Origin: Candidatus Kaiserbacteria bacterium
Lineage (GTDB): Bacteria; Patescibacteriota; Minisyncoccia; Phycocordibacterales; UBA2100
DNA: 64,000 nucleotides
NCBI GenBank assembly: GCA_016186695.1
Contig: JACPLC010000005.1
Coordinates: 64,852-128,851 of the forward strand
Direction of reading: 5' to 3'
A program made the position numbers and the translations under genes. The notes under the pieces were generated by a model that was not told the origin of the DNA, did no database searches, and worked only from the letters and a program-made list of their open reading frames with translations. Shown in pieces: positions 47,199 through 57,397 of this stretch (position 1 is the first letter of the stretch; each line of letters begins with the position of its first letter).

Positions 47199-48218
47199 TT
47201 AAAGAATGAGGAGCTCTCCGGAGAGAAGTGTGCCACTCCAGAGAAGAAAGCCGATAAGTGCCAAAAGGCCGATGCCGCGGATGAGCGAAGGCACGTGCAT
47301 ACGGCGTAATCCGGAGAGAAACATGAGGCTCATCACAAGGAGCACGAGCGCGGCGAGCGCCATGTATATATATTGAAGTGTCGTTTTCGGCGCCGTGGCG
47401 ATCCGCCAGAATGGATTTGTCGAATCTGCCCCGTCTTTGAGCGCGCCGACCGGCTGCGATCCATCAGAAACAGCGGCAAGCGCTTCCCCTTCCCACTTCA
47501 CCGCGATGAACATCTCGTCTTCGACGATCGTCTCGAGCGCTGAGGCAGTTGCGCCGGCCACCCGCGATGAGCCGTCGGAAGAAGGAGACGAGCCTGCGAT
47601 CGCCACAGCGCCCGCTTGCGCCGGCGCGCCGAACATCTGCACGACGAACGTCGTGTCGTAGCCTTGGTAGCGACCGTGTGCAAGCGCGATGCCGATTTCG
47701 CTGAAGTGCGAGCTCAAAATATTCGCGCGGTGCTTTGGCGAATTCATCCATGCACTTTCCACCTCGGCCGAATCCGAAAAGTAGACCGCGAGATTCTCGC
47801 CCGCAAAGCGGAAATCGTAGCCCGCTTGTTCAAACCAGTGCCACGGGTCAAAACCCTCGGGCGATTCGTGCGCAAAGTATTCTTTGCCTGCCATGTCGTC
47901 TGCCTTCATTTGCGCCGCCTCCTGCAGCGTGGGGCTCATCACGAGTGCAGGCAGGCCGTCGACCGAGCGGTCTTCGTTGGCAAGGTCTACCAAAACTGCC
48001 GCGATGACGGCGCCCACCTGTTCCGAAGGCGTCGTGAAGACAAGCCTCTGCACGCCGTGCGCGATCAGAAAAAGGAGAACAACTATTGCGACATTGATGG
48101 CAATCGCCTGAAATTCGAGGAATTGCGGCCGGTGGGCATTGTGCGCGCCGGGAATGAAATAGTGATGGATCATCCTTCGTTTTCTTCGCGAAGGCAGGCG
48201 CTTTTTCGGCAGCTTCAT
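47199..48218 (-). CDS. CAP/SCP-domain membrane protein
   Basis: AAQMKADDM...YFAH.SP.G, AGENLA, WMNSPKHRANIL. Confidence 0.92.
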   Translation of the reverse strand: MKLPKKRLPSRRKRRMIHHYFIPGAHNAHRPQFLEFQAIAINVAIVVLLFLIAHGVQRLVFTTPSEQVGAVIAAVLVDLANEDRSVDGLPALVMSPTLQEAAQMKADDMAGKEYFAHESPEGFDPWHWFEQAGYDFRFAGENLAVYFSDSAEVESAWMNSPKHRANILSSHFSEIGIALAHGRYQGYDTTFVVQMFGAPAQAGAVAIAGSSPSSDGSSRVAGATASALETIVEDEMFIAVKWEGEALAAVSDGSQPVGALKDGADSTNPFWRIATAPKTTLQYIYMALAALVLLVMSLMFLSGLRRMHVPSLIRGIGLLALIGFLLWSGTLLSGELLIL

Positions 48219-48251
48219 CGCGAGATTATATCGCAAATTGTTGCCCCTCCG

Positions 48252-48461
48252 CTATGCCGCCTCGAGCAGATGTTTGTTGCGCTGGAAGTTGACCACGTAG
48301 CGGCAGAGCGAGGCGATGCTCACGAGGAAAAAAAGTGCGGTGAGAACGAGGAAGCAGAGCGCGAGCCAGAAATTTCCTGATTGCATAAGGAGGTACCCTG
48401 CATACATCCCCAAAGGCGAAAAAGACGTGCCGAGTGATACTGTTCCGCCGAAGTGGATCAT
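48252..48461 (-). CDS. Small membrane protein
   Basis: Start overlaps the GT2 stop; hydrophobic. Confidence 0.5.
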   Translation of the reverse strand: MIHFGGTVSLGTSFSPLGMYAGYLLMQSGNFWLALCFLVLTALFFLVSIASLCRYVVNFQRNKHLLEAA

Positions 48462-49723
48462 GGTAGTGGTAGCTGTACGCGCGTGCCCCAGTGCCCTTCG
48501 GTATAGCCGCACGCGCGGAAGATGCGTACGCCCGCTCGCACGAGAAACGTCGGGCGAAGACGCATACTCTGCTTCAGCACGTTGAACGAGTGAAAAAAGT
48601 ACGAACCGACGAGCGCGACCGTCATGAGATAGCTGTAGAGAAACTCCGGCACGAGCAAAAGCCGTATGAGCCAATCCCACGCATCCTTCTCTTTATAGAA
48701 TCGCATCAGCCAGAGCTGGAACGTGTAGGTGATGCCGAGTTGAAGGAGCGAGAGCGTAATCACGATGTCGGCCACATACGGCGGCACGTCGCCCTCACCC
48801 CGCAGAAAAAGCAGAATTCCTATCATGAGGAGCATCGAGACGAAAAGCGTATGCCCGAGAATATCCTGAAAAACGGACGAGAGGCTTCGCGCGCCCGCGA
48901 CGACGGTAACTCCGCCGTACGACCATCGCGTGCGCTGGCGCCAGAGGCGCGAGAGACCTTCTGGCACCACTGTCCACGCGGGCGCATTTACCGCGGATTT
49001 TACGCTCCAGCCCTGCGCTTTAAGACGCGCGGTCACCTCGTAATCCTCGATCAAGTGGCTCTCGGAGAATCCTCCGAGCTCACGGAGCGCACAGGTACGG
49101 AAGGCAGTGAGCATCCCGTGCATCACCAAGGGCCCGCGGAAAAATCCTTCGTCGGCCATGCGAATCGCATTGAAGCCGAGGTACTCGAGCCCTTGCAGGC
49201 GGGTAAGCAGATTTTTGTTTTTGTTGAAGACACGGCTTTGCGAGCACACCGCGCCAAGTTCCGGTGAGCTCATGAGTTCTGTCACGAGATTCCTCACCGT
49301 GTTTTCGGCGATCACGACGTCGTCGTCGAGCGTGAGAACGACGTCGGGATACCTGCGCCCCTCGGCGAAAATGCGCGCGAGTGCGTGGTTGAGTGCTCCT
49401 GCTTTGAGCTTGTTCTCGGGCGTGCGTAAGAGGGTGACGCGCTTTGAGATAGTCGCGATGCGTTTGAAGATTGCCTCGCTCCCCTCCTCTCGAGGAGTGC
49501 AATCGTCGACTACGTATACGAGAAGGTTTGGGCTCGAGCGGAGGAGTGCCTGAATGAGCCGCACGGTGAGTGCTCGCGGTTTGTAGGTGGGAACGATCGC
49601 GGCGATGGTCGCATTTCCGAAATCGAACGGCACCCGCTCATGATGAGCGGGCAGAATGAAATGTCCGAGCGTTATTCTCGGAGGTTTTGGGGTGTGAACA
49701 CCCTTTACGGAAGATGCTTCCAT
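48458..49723 (-). CDS. Glycosyltransferase family 2 (processive, PgaC/IcaA-like)
   Basis: VVDD, KAGALN, LDDD, IED, RQRTRW and C-terminal TMs. Confidence 0.9.
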   Translation of the reverse strand: MEASSVKGVHTPKPPRITLGHFILPAHHERVPFDFGNATIAAIVPTYKPRALTVRLIQALLRSSPNLLVYVVDDCTPREEGSEAIFKRIATISKRVTLLRTPENKLKAGALNHALARIFAEGRRYPDVVLTLDDDVVIAENTVRNLVTELMSSPELGAVCSQSRVFNKNKNLLTRLQGLEYLGFNAIRMADEGFFRGPLVMHGMLTAFRTCALRELGGFSESHLIEDYEVTARLKAQGWSVKSAVNAPAWTVVPEGLSRLWRQRTRWSYGGVTVVAGARSLSSVFQDILGHTLFVSMLLMIGILLFLRGEGDVPPYVADIVITLSLLQLGITYTFQLWLMRFYKEKDAWDWLIRLLLVPEFLYSYLMTVALVGSYFFHSFNVLKQSMRLRPTFLVRAGVRIFRACGYTEGHWGTRVQLPLP

Positions 49724-49910
49724 ACAATGCGCCGATTTCCTCCCGCGCGCGCATCGAACGTGCGTTCCAATAAGGATATTGCAAAACAATATCGGGACAA
49801 CTATACAGCCCTACGGAAGTGTGTCTCAAGCGGCCTGAAATGCTGATGAATCTCCGACATTCCGACATATCGAGCAGAGTTATTTGACGAATTCGCGGTA
49901 CAATGTCGCT

Positions 49911-51743
49911 ATGGATCATTTCGGCGAACGGCCGAAAAAGTTTTATGGGCCGCCCGATGTTCGCGGTGGACCACCTGACGACAGCAACGGAGATGATGAA
50001 TATCTTTATAGCGACAAACCAAATTTGGATGAGATGCCCGGCGTATATTCGGACATCAGAACGAAGCGCACTATATATAACGAGTTAGAGACACCGGAAC
50101 CCGCGCCAGGAGAGCGTCGAAGAACTACTGTAGACCGAGACGCAAAATTTACTCAATTTTCGGAGGAGTGGTTCGATCAGCGCCAAATATTAGATAAGGA
50201 GGGTGAGAGAGGTCTACTACCAGCGGATCAGTTGTTTGTTCCCGATGAGTTAGAAGGTAGAAGTCCATTCGAAGTATTAGGAGTACCCGAAGGAGATGTT
50301 GTGGAAGCTCACAAATCCTACAGAATGCTAATGCGCACTTTGCACCCCGACGTGGTAGGCATGGCAATAAATAATGCGATCGACAAGGCCATGGGCGGCT
50401 CGAATGCTGCATGGAAACAATTCATAGAGCTTTCGAAAGTCTTTTCCGAGTGGCAAGAGCGCAAACCAAAAGTCCTCAAAGATGAAGAATTATCTGCACT
50501 TAGCGAAGGTGAGAGACAAAAATACATAGACGCCTACAAAGAATGGCAGAATGAGAAACCGGGCGAAGGCAGCATAGAAACGGTACGGCAAGAGATTAAA
50601 GCGAGTGCCGAGAAAAAAACGCGAGTATTAAACGCCGCTTGGGACCAGATCAAAAAAGGGCTTTCCTTCGAAAATATTGTTGGTGCTGCAGCACACTGGG
50701 AAACGAGTCACGGCACCAGTATCAGTGACCGTTACGGTGACGCGTTTATTCTCCATCCTTATCAGACTATTCATCTTGAAGCTGATGCGGAAATATATAG
50801 AAATCTTGACTTTACAGTTACAGACGCCGGCGAGCTTTTATTAAAGAAGGCAGAGCCGGCATATCTGGGCTTTGCCTCGGGCTTTGACAAACGAATCGGC
50901 ATATACGAACAGTATAGAGAATCCTATTCTCTCAAACACCTCTTCGCCTTTTTAGAGCATCGGGACGGGAGGACGATACACCATGCACTGCTTTCCGATG
51001 TTGCCGAAGAATTTGAGCTGACGGGATTTCAGATAGGAACACTTCAGAACCTCATGAAAGCGAACGTCGATGCAGAAAAAATTTGCGAGGAGCTGGGAGT
51101 AAGGCCGCAATTCGACTTGCCCCACCAATCTGGCCGCGATGCTATCCCCGTTGACAATATCATTGAAAACATTGTTGACGGCGGTACATTTGGTAGTGCT
51201 CGAATCGACCGATTTGCGAAAGCCGGATATACGCCCGAAACGCTTACTGCACTCACAAGTTTTGTGATGTCAGAGAAGCCACGAGCTGAACAAGATATTC
51301 GAAACGAGAGCAACCGGGTTACGTACAGTGTCGCGAGGTCAACGAGCGAGTCATTTGCAAAAGTTCGAGAGCGCGAAGAAAAAAAGTCGTCAACAGTGTC
51401 ACGTGAATACAGTCCTCAAAAATACGTCGCGAGCAAAATCAGGACTAGGTTGTTCGAACTGCAACAAAGACCTCACCAATTTGCAAAAACAATTCAGGAT
51501 ATTCAAAGAGGCCCGACCTACACGACTCACGAAGAGGATACGGTGGAATATCGCGTCGGAGTCGAGTTTGGGCGAGATGGTTTGAGATTAGTATTGCCGG
51601 TACAGGAAAGCCTCAATCAATACAATTTTTCTTCGGTAACGGAAGTCTTTTTCAATCAGAATGATCTGGGAATAATGAAAGAGATTGCGTATGGGCGCAG
51701 CGTTACAGGAACACCGTCAAAGGGAATAACGGGGAAACGCTAG
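49911..51743 (+). CDS. Large hypothetical protein with split J-domain-like motif
   Basis: PFEVLGV...YR.L...LHPD then LNAAW about 90 aa later. Confidence 0.65.
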   Translation: MDHFGERPKKFYGPPDVRGGPPDDSNGDDEYLYSDKPNLDEMPGVYSDIRTKRTIYNELETPEPAPGERRRTTVDRDAKFTQFSEEWFDQRQILDKEGERGLLPADQLFVPDELEGRSPFEVLGVPEGDVVEAHKSYRMLMRTLHPDVVGMAINNAIDKAMGGSNAAWKQFIELSKVFSEWQERKPKVLKDEELSALSEGERQKYIDAYKEWQNEKPGEGSIETVRQEIKASAEKKTRVLNAAWDQIKKGLSFENIVGAAAHWETSHGTSISDRYGDAFILHPYQTIHLEADAEIYRNLDFTVTDAGELLLKKAEPAYLGFASGFDKRIGIYEQYRESYSLKHLFAFLEHRDGRTIHHALLSDVAEEFELTGFQIGTLQNLMKANVDAEKICEELGVRPQFDLPHQSGRDAIPVDNIIENIVDGGTFGSARIDRFAKAGYTPETLTALTSFVMSEKPRAEQDIRNESNRVTYSVARSTSESFAKVREREEKKSSTVSREYSPQKYVASKIRTRLFELQQRPHQFAKTIQDIQRGPTYTTHEEDTVEYRVGVEFGRDGLRLVLPVQESLNQYNFSSVTEVFFNQNDLGIMKEIAYGRSVTGTPSKGITGKR

Positions 51744-51758
51744 CTGCCCGAGCAACGA

Positions 51759-53153
51759 TTACAGGGTGTCTGCCTGAAGAACTGCCTCCGAATGCTTGCC
51801 CGAAGGGTCGGTGTGTCCTGCACCGAGTGCTTCTCCTGCTGCGACGAGTGCGTCGCGAACGTCGCTCCAGAGCGCTCCGGGGTTGTTTGCTATGTAGAGC
51901 GCGGCGGCGCCGGCGGCATGCGGGCTCGCCATCGAAGTGCCGCTTATGCTTTTATATCCGCTCTTCAACCATGTCGAATAGATAGAGACACCGGGAGCGC
52001 CGATGTCGACGGGCGTTCCCCAGTTGCTGAAGGAAGCGAACGTGTCGTCGGCTCCATAGGCTGTAGCAGCGCCTCCGCCTCCCGACAAACCATTTGAATC
52101 CGCGAGCGCTGAGACAGTAATGACAGCATCGTCGTAGGCAGCAGGCACGAAGCCCGCGGCGTTTGCACCGGAATTCCCCGCTGCAACGACGATCGTCACG
52201 CCCGCGTCGCGCGCGCGGCAGATTGCCTTGTGCAGTGCATCGTTGTTGGAGTTGCCGCAATTGTTGTCGGAAACACCGCCGCCGCCTAAGCTAAGGTTTG
52301 CGACCGTGATGGGCCCGCCGTTTTTGGGCGCCTTGCTCGTCACGAAATCAATGCCGCAGATAACGCTCGACCACGACCCGCTGCCTGCATTATTGAGTAC
52401 GCGGACAGCCCACAATTTCGCCGATGGAGCGACGCCCACGACGCCGACGCCGTTATCGAGGGCCGCGATCGTGCCCGCCACGTGCGTGCCATGACCGTTT
52501 CCGTCGTTGTAGCTGGAGCCGGTCGAGCAGTTCTTGCCGCCGACGATGTTTGTTTTGAGATCGGGATGGCTCAGCTGTATCCCCGTGTCGATGACTGCGA
52601 CGTTGACTCCCGCTCCCTTATTGCTCAAGAATTCTGCATCTATGCGATTGATGCCTGTCGGCAGCGTTTGCAGCGAGGCCTTAACAGCTTCCGTGGTCGG
52701 CGATTCATCAGAGGGTGGAGGCGACGGAGGCGGTGCGGGAGGAGGAGGCTTGCGACGGTGCGATTCTGCACCTACATCGTCGCGAGCACCACGCACGCGG
52801 ACGGACTCCGCAATAGATACGATCCTGTCCTCGCTCACGAATGCGACGCGCGGATCGTTCGCGACCACTGCAAGGTCACTTTCTGAAAAACGCGCCGCAA
52901 AACCGGTGAGCGCGCTTCGATACGAGCCGAGCCGCTCGCCGCCTGCGCGTGCGATGATCTCCTGTTCCGCGGAATCTGCATCAACAGAGTCTTGCAAGAC
53001 GACGATGTACTGCCCCTCGATGCGAGCCTCGCGCACTGCCCTTTCGTCCCGTTCGCGCACATCTTCACCGAAGATGAGCTGAGGGATGATCAATAATGAA
53101 AAAATAACAAGCAGTATAGCGCTCAAAAAGCCACCCTGACTCATCGCTTTCAT
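51759..53153 (-). CDS. Subtilisin-like S8 serine protease with I9 propeptide
   Basis: VAVIDTG, HGTHVAG, AAGN, SGTSMASPH. Confidence 0.96.
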   Translation of the reverse strand: MKAMSQGGFLSAILLVIFSLLIIPQLIFGEDVRERDERAVREARIEGQYIVVLQDSVDADSAEQEIIARAGGERLGSYRSALTGFAARFSESDLAVVANDPRVAFVSEDRIVSIAESVRVRGARDDVGAESHRRKPPPPAPPPSPPPSDESPTTEAVKASLQTLPTGINRIDAEFLSNKGAGVNVAVIDTGIQLSHPDLKTNIVGGKNCSTGSSYNDGNGHGTHVAGTIAALDNGVGVVGVAPSAKLWAVRVLNNAGSGSWSSVICGIDFVTSKAPKNGGPITVANLSLGGGGVSDNNCGNSNNDALHKAICRARDAGVTIVVAAGNSGANAAGFVPAAYDDAVITVSALADSNGLSGGGGAATAYGADDTFASFSNWGTPVDIGAPGVSIYSTWLKSGYKSISGTSMASPHAAGAAALYIANNPGALWSDVRDALVAAGEALGAGHTDPSGKHSEAVLQADTL

Positions 53154-53404
53154 GGCATAAAATGTATCACGATTCCCGATCTCCGACAAGATGCCAAAAA
53201 TCAGGGTTTATGAAGTTTATGCACACCTCACGCTGCCTTCACGCTCCCACACCTACAGTGCATGATAGGATTTTTTGTACAAGCATAGGCCGAGGTCTGG
53301 GAAACCAGCGGTCAGTACAGCGTTGCTGTTTCGATGCCTGAAACCTAAGGTGCCCGCACATGAGCTGATGCGTTTGTTTATCCGTTTATTAATTTTATTC
53401 TTGT

Positions 53405-54100
53405 ATGGAAACGGCAAGAAATGTGTCCGTAGTGGTGCTCGCTTTGGCGGTTTTTAGCCTCCTCGCGGCATCGATTGCGTTTGCAGACATTAATAGCAGT
53501 TCATTCACGGTGACCGTTGAGAATTCAGGTACGATCACCAACACCGCTTCGTCAACGGCCGAAACGGGAGACAACACCGCAACGGGTAGCACGGGCGGCG
53601 CCGGAGGAGGCGGTGGCTCGGTAACCGCAGGCGCGGGAGACTTTAACAACGGAGGAGCGACCGCCGGCAATGGCGGCAATGGTGGAAACGCGGATGACGG
53701 CGGAGATGTCACGACCGGTGCCGCCACATCGGCTGCAGAATCCACAAACACGCTCAACGACACCGAGATCGATATCGATGTCGCGTCGACAACGGTCGGC
53801 AATATCAACAGCACAGCTATCACTGCCACCTCTACCTCGACTGGTGCGGTAACAAATGATACCCGTTCGAGAGCTCGCACCGGCGGCAACAGCGCGACGG
53901 GAAGCACAGGCGGCGCGGGCAGCTCGGGCGGAGCAGTAACCTCCACAAGCGGCAGCAACAACAACGGCGGAGCCATCGCTGGCAGCGGTGGAAGCGGTGG
54001 CACAACTGGCTTCGGCGGGACGATCAACACGGGACCGAGCAACAGCACGGCCTCCAGCACCAACGTGATGAATAGGCTTCGGATTAGAATCTCACTCTAA
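53405..54100 (+). CDS. Secreted Gly-rich protein with two NNGGAxAG modules
   Basis: Signal peptide ending AFA; two about 83-aa repeats ending NDTEIDIDV and NRLRIRISL. Confidence 0.8.
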   Translation: METARNVSVVVLALAVFSLLAASIAFADINSSSFTVTVENSGTITNTASSTAETGDNTATGSTGGAGGGGGSVTAGAGDFNNGGATAGNGGNGGNADDGGDVTTGAATSAAESTNTLNDTEIDIDVASTTVGNINSTAITATSTSTGAVTNDTRSRARTGGNSATGSTGGAGSSGGAVTSTSGSNNNGGAIAGSGGSGGTTGFGGTINTGPSNSTASSTNVMNRLRIRISL

Positions 54101-54115
54101 GTCCTGCCCTTTTCT

Positions 54116-54150
54116 GCAAAACCTTCCTCCAAAGTGGAGGAAGGTTTTGT
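54116..54150. terminator. Bidirectional terminator
   Basis: CAAAACCTTCCTCCA-aag-TGGAGGAAGGTTTTG. Confidence 0.75.
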
Positions 54151-54157
54151 GTATGCT

Positions 54158-55258
54158 TCAAGAAAAGCTGATCGGGAGAGGCTCCGGTCTTCGCAAGAAC
54201 AGGTAGAGATACATGAAGCCGAGAAGTGCCGAAGTAAAGGAGAATACGAGGAGTCCCAGAGCATCCGCCCCGCCGGCTCCTGCGTTTGGAACTCCCGGCT
54301 CGCCTTGCGGTCCTCCCATAAAATCCGGTATAGGGGTGACCGCGCCGGCAACTTGGCCGGAGGGCGCTCCACCGCTCGAACCTCCACTCGAGCCGCCCGA
54401 ACTGCTTCCACCCGAACTGCCACCACTCGGCCCTCCTCCACTCGAGCCGCCCGATGGCCCTCCGCCGGTAGATCCGCCGCTCGGCCCACCGCCAGACGGC
54501 CCGCCTCCGCTATCGCCTCCCTGCCCGCCGGGACCCTCATCGTCATTAATAATGGTGCAGGTTTTAATGTCGCCCGCGGTGAGCGTAACGCGCCCCGAGG
54601 AATCGCAATCGCCGCTAAATTCCGGTACGTACTTCTGCGTTGTAGTTCCGACAGTCACACTCGTCGTTGCTTCCGAAACAATATACGTACCCGCAAGAAA
54701 TGTCCTCTGTACACCGGATTGGACGGTCGTCGAGCCGACGCGAAGCGTGAAGTCGGTCGTCGTTGCGCTCCCCTTGTCGTCGTTGATGACGATTTTAATG
54801 AGCGTGAGTTTGGGCGAGCCGGGCGGAGGCGGGCCATTCGGGCACGCCGGTACGTCGAATTGCGGTATCGGCTCGCCCGCGCTATTGAGAAGCGGAAAAA
54901 CAATGCAGTATTTTATTTGAGAGCCGAGGTCCGCTCCGGGCGTGGAAGGAGCGGCTGCAGTAGAGGGAGCGGAGGGAGAAGAAGGAGAATCGGGGGTTGC
55001 GGGGTCCCGCGTTGCTCCGATATCGGGAAACTGCACCGTCGGAGAATTTGGAGCCTCCGGCTTTGCAGGTATCGTCGGAAGGGCCGGAATCGTCATCGCG
55101 GGCAAAACGCGGGCGCTCTCTCTCGTTTCGTCACGAGATGCCCGCTCCGGCGAACGGTCGGTGTCAGAGTATGCAAACGTCGCGAGCAGCCAGAAAAACT
55201 GCGTGAGAACGAAAAGACTTATGAGGAGTAGGTTACGAAATGTGGTCGTGGTCGCCAT
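54158..55258 (-). CDS. Surface protein with Ig-like domain and sortase-like C-terminal signal
   Basis: KLTLIK.VIND..G...DF.L domain; G/S linker; VPNAG, TM, RR. Confidence 0.75.
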   Translation of the reverse strand: MATTTTFRNLLLISLFVLTQFFWLLATFAYSDTDRSPERASRDETRESARVLPAMTIPALPTIPAKPEAPNSPTVQFPDIGATRDPATPDSPSSPSAPSTAAAPSTPGADLGSQIKYCIVFPLLNSAGEPIPQFDVPACPNGPPPPGSPKLTLIKIVINDDKGSATTTDFTLRVGSTTVQSGVQRTFLAGTYIVSEATTSVTVGTTTQKYVPEFSGDCDSSGRVTLTAGDIKTCTIINDDEGPGGQGGDSGGGPSGGGPSGGSTGGGPSGGSSGGGPSGGSSGGSSSGGSSGGSSGGAPSGQVAGAVTPIPDFMGGPQGEPGVPNAGAGGADALGLLVFSFTSALLGFMYLYLFLRRPEPLPISFS

Positions 55259-55494
55259 GCGCACGCCCCACCCCATAGTTTCCCGATACGAAGCAGCGCA
55301 GAAACATTGTAGATGGCCAAAATTAAGGACTCATGAACGAAAAACCTGATAATAGGGGGAAAGTCGGTAGGTAACCCTGTGCACAACCGGGGTACAGCTA
55401 TGTGCATAACCGGAAATCTCCAACAAATCAAACAAAAATCGCGACAGTGTGTTTCCGAGGAATCTTCCGCGAGCCTGTATCCCAATCAAAGCGA

Positions 55495-55579
55495 GGGCGC
55501 GAATATTTTTATCGCCGAGGACCTGTTCGAAACCGCCTACCGGCGGTGAGCCCCGCAGGCGATAAAAATATTCGCGCCC
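55495..55579. repeat. Intergenic element with 22-bp perfect inverted repeats
   Basis: GGGCGCGAATATTTTTATCGCC ... GGCGATAAAAATATTCGCGCCC. Confidence 0.7.
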
Positions 55580-55658
55580 GAGCGCCCCCCTACCTACCCT
55601 TCTTCGCCAAGGCTACAAAGGGTTCCCCTTCTTTTCAAACTCGGCGCAAGCTACGCAA

Positions 55659-56105
55659 TCATTTGGCGAAGGAGAAGAAGAATACAAAACTGAAGATACG
55701 CGCGAGCGAAGCCCTGATCTGCTGGAAGGCACGTGTAAGCCGCGAAGGAGACGAGGACGCAGATACCTCGGCAGAACCCTCGGCGCTCAGCGATTCCGTG
55801 TTTTCTGTGTTGACGCGTACCTCGAGACGGCGGATGCCTTCAAGTAGAGTGTCGGTCGAGGTCGCCTGCACGACGCCGTCTTCCGAAGTCCGTACATCGA
55901 CACGAACGCGCGTGTTTGAACCTTCAGTGCGAATGAAACTCCTGACATCGGCATCGGCGCTTGAGGTGCCGGACGCGCTTGCTTCGCCCGAAACCGTCAC
56001 ACCGCCTGTCTCGCTGATGCTCACGTTCTCCACGGTGAGCGCATCCGCGCCACGCACTGTTAGTACGAACGCAAGAAGCACCGAAATGAGCAAGATGTTC
56101 TTCAT
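55659..56105 (-). CDS. Small secreted protein
   Basis: Signal peptide ending ADA; Ser-rich; amphipathic C-terminus. Confidence 0.7.
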   Translation of the reverse strand: MKNILLISVLLAFVLTVRGADALTVENVSISETGGVTVSGEASASGTSSADADVRSFIRTEGSNTRVRVDVRTSEDGVVQATSTDTLLEGIRRLEVRVNTENTESLSAEGSAEVSASSSPSRLTRAFQQIRASLARIFSFVFFFSFAK

Positions 56106-56110
56106 AGTCG

Positions 56111-57322
56111 CTAGCAGTTGAGGACGGTGTTGGTGCCACCGCCAGCATTGCAGGTGTCGAAGTCGGGACCTCCATCGATGAAATCGTTTCCTCCAAGAGT
56201 AGTCACCGTATCTTCTCCGGCACCTGCGAAAACTTTGTTTTTGCCCCCGCCTGCCGAAATCGTGTCGTCACCATTACCCGTCTTTATCTGGTCATCTCCG
56301 TCTCCCGCGGTTACTATCTTGTTGCCATTGCCAGCGAGAACCGTGTTCTTCCCTGCACCTGCAGAAATCACTGACACTCCAGCGCCTATTTTTACGGTGT
56401 CGTTTCCATCTCCCAGACAAATGATGAAGTCACCATTTCCAGCGATTACTTTGTCATTGCCCCCCTTCCCCACAAACATCGTGAACGACGAAAGTGTCAC
56501 CGTGTCCCGGCCGGGCCCGCCATTCATCAACGTATAGCCTGCTGGAGCGACCGTCGGCGTGTCACATGCGTTTGCGGGAACTGATGGAATGTCGTTTGTT
56601 GCAGGCTTCACAGCGACGACTGGCTCATCCGCTTCTCTTGCAGAGGAGATATTGATCGTCATAGTCTCTGTTCCTGCGGTCGAGGCTGCGGACTTGAATG
56701 AGCCCGCGGTCCAGCCCATATCGCTTGTGGTGGGAACCATGAACTCCGTCTCGCCCGCACCGTATGACAACCATGTCGCGGTCTCCCACTTGGGGAGTGA
56801 AAGGAGAAGGGTGTTGCCCACGGTCGTCGTGACAGACGTAGAGTTTGAGGACTGACTACCCTCAAAAGTCACATTGGAAACGTCTACGGAGCTTGATTGA
56901 GCAGCGTCTTGAAGGGTGAAGACCGCGTAGTCGGCGAAAGTGGCACTTACAAAGTTGATCTCAAAGGGACCTGTCGATGGATTTGCGAGATAACCGACGT
57001 AGTAGCAGGCTCTGTTGAATGTTCCCGGGATACCAGAAATGGTGAGCGATGTTCCGTTCTGTGTAGCTGATATGGGCGCGGTGGGACAATCATTTTTTGA
57101 GATGAGAGCGATGAGAAGTTTGTTCGTGCCCCCAGAGGGTACCGTGTATTCGAAAGAGTGCGAGGTGGTATCGATGGCCTTCTGCATCGGCACAGGAAGT
57201 GAGTCGAGGATCGAAGGCGTTGTTGAGGCAGCATGAACAGCTGTAAAGAGTGTGCTCAGCGCGAACGCCATCGCGAAAATCGCAATCACTATTGTCGTGG
57301 ATATTGCTTCGTATCTAGTCAT
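56111..57322 (-). CDS. Secreted protein with RTX-like Ca-binding repeats
   Basis: GxGDD/GGND nonapeptides; ends DTCNAGGGTNTVLNC. Confidence 0.8.
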   Translation of the reverse strand: MTRYEAISTTIVIAIFAMAFALSTLFTAVHAASTTPSILDSLPVPMQKAIDTTSHSFEYTVPSGGTNKLLIALISKNDCPTAPISATQNGTSLTISGIPGTFNRACYYVGYLANPSTGPFEINFVSATFADYAVFTLQDAAQSSSVDVSNVTFEGSQSSNSTSVTTTVGNTLLLSLPKWETATWLSYGAGETEFMVPTTSDMGWTAGSFKSAASTAGTETMTINISSAREADEPVVAVKPATNDIPSVPANACDTPTVAPAGYTLMNGGPGRDTVTLSSFTMFVGKGGNDKVIAGNGDFIICLGDGNDTVKIGAGVSVISAGAGKNTVLAGNGNKIVTAGDGDDQIKTGNGDDTISAGGGKNKVFAGAGEDTVTTLGGNDFIDGGPDFDTCNAGGGTNTVLNC

Positions 57323-57397
57323 GTCCCTCTCTGAGGCCTCGATTCTTTCAAGACCTCATGAGAAGGAGGAACGGACTCGTTCCTCTTCTCGTTACAG

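Noticed and set aside
53395-55231. Pro-rich or Arg-rich ORFs opposite the Gly-rich genes
   Set aside because: Reverse-complement artefacts of GGN codon runs; the other strand has signal peptides
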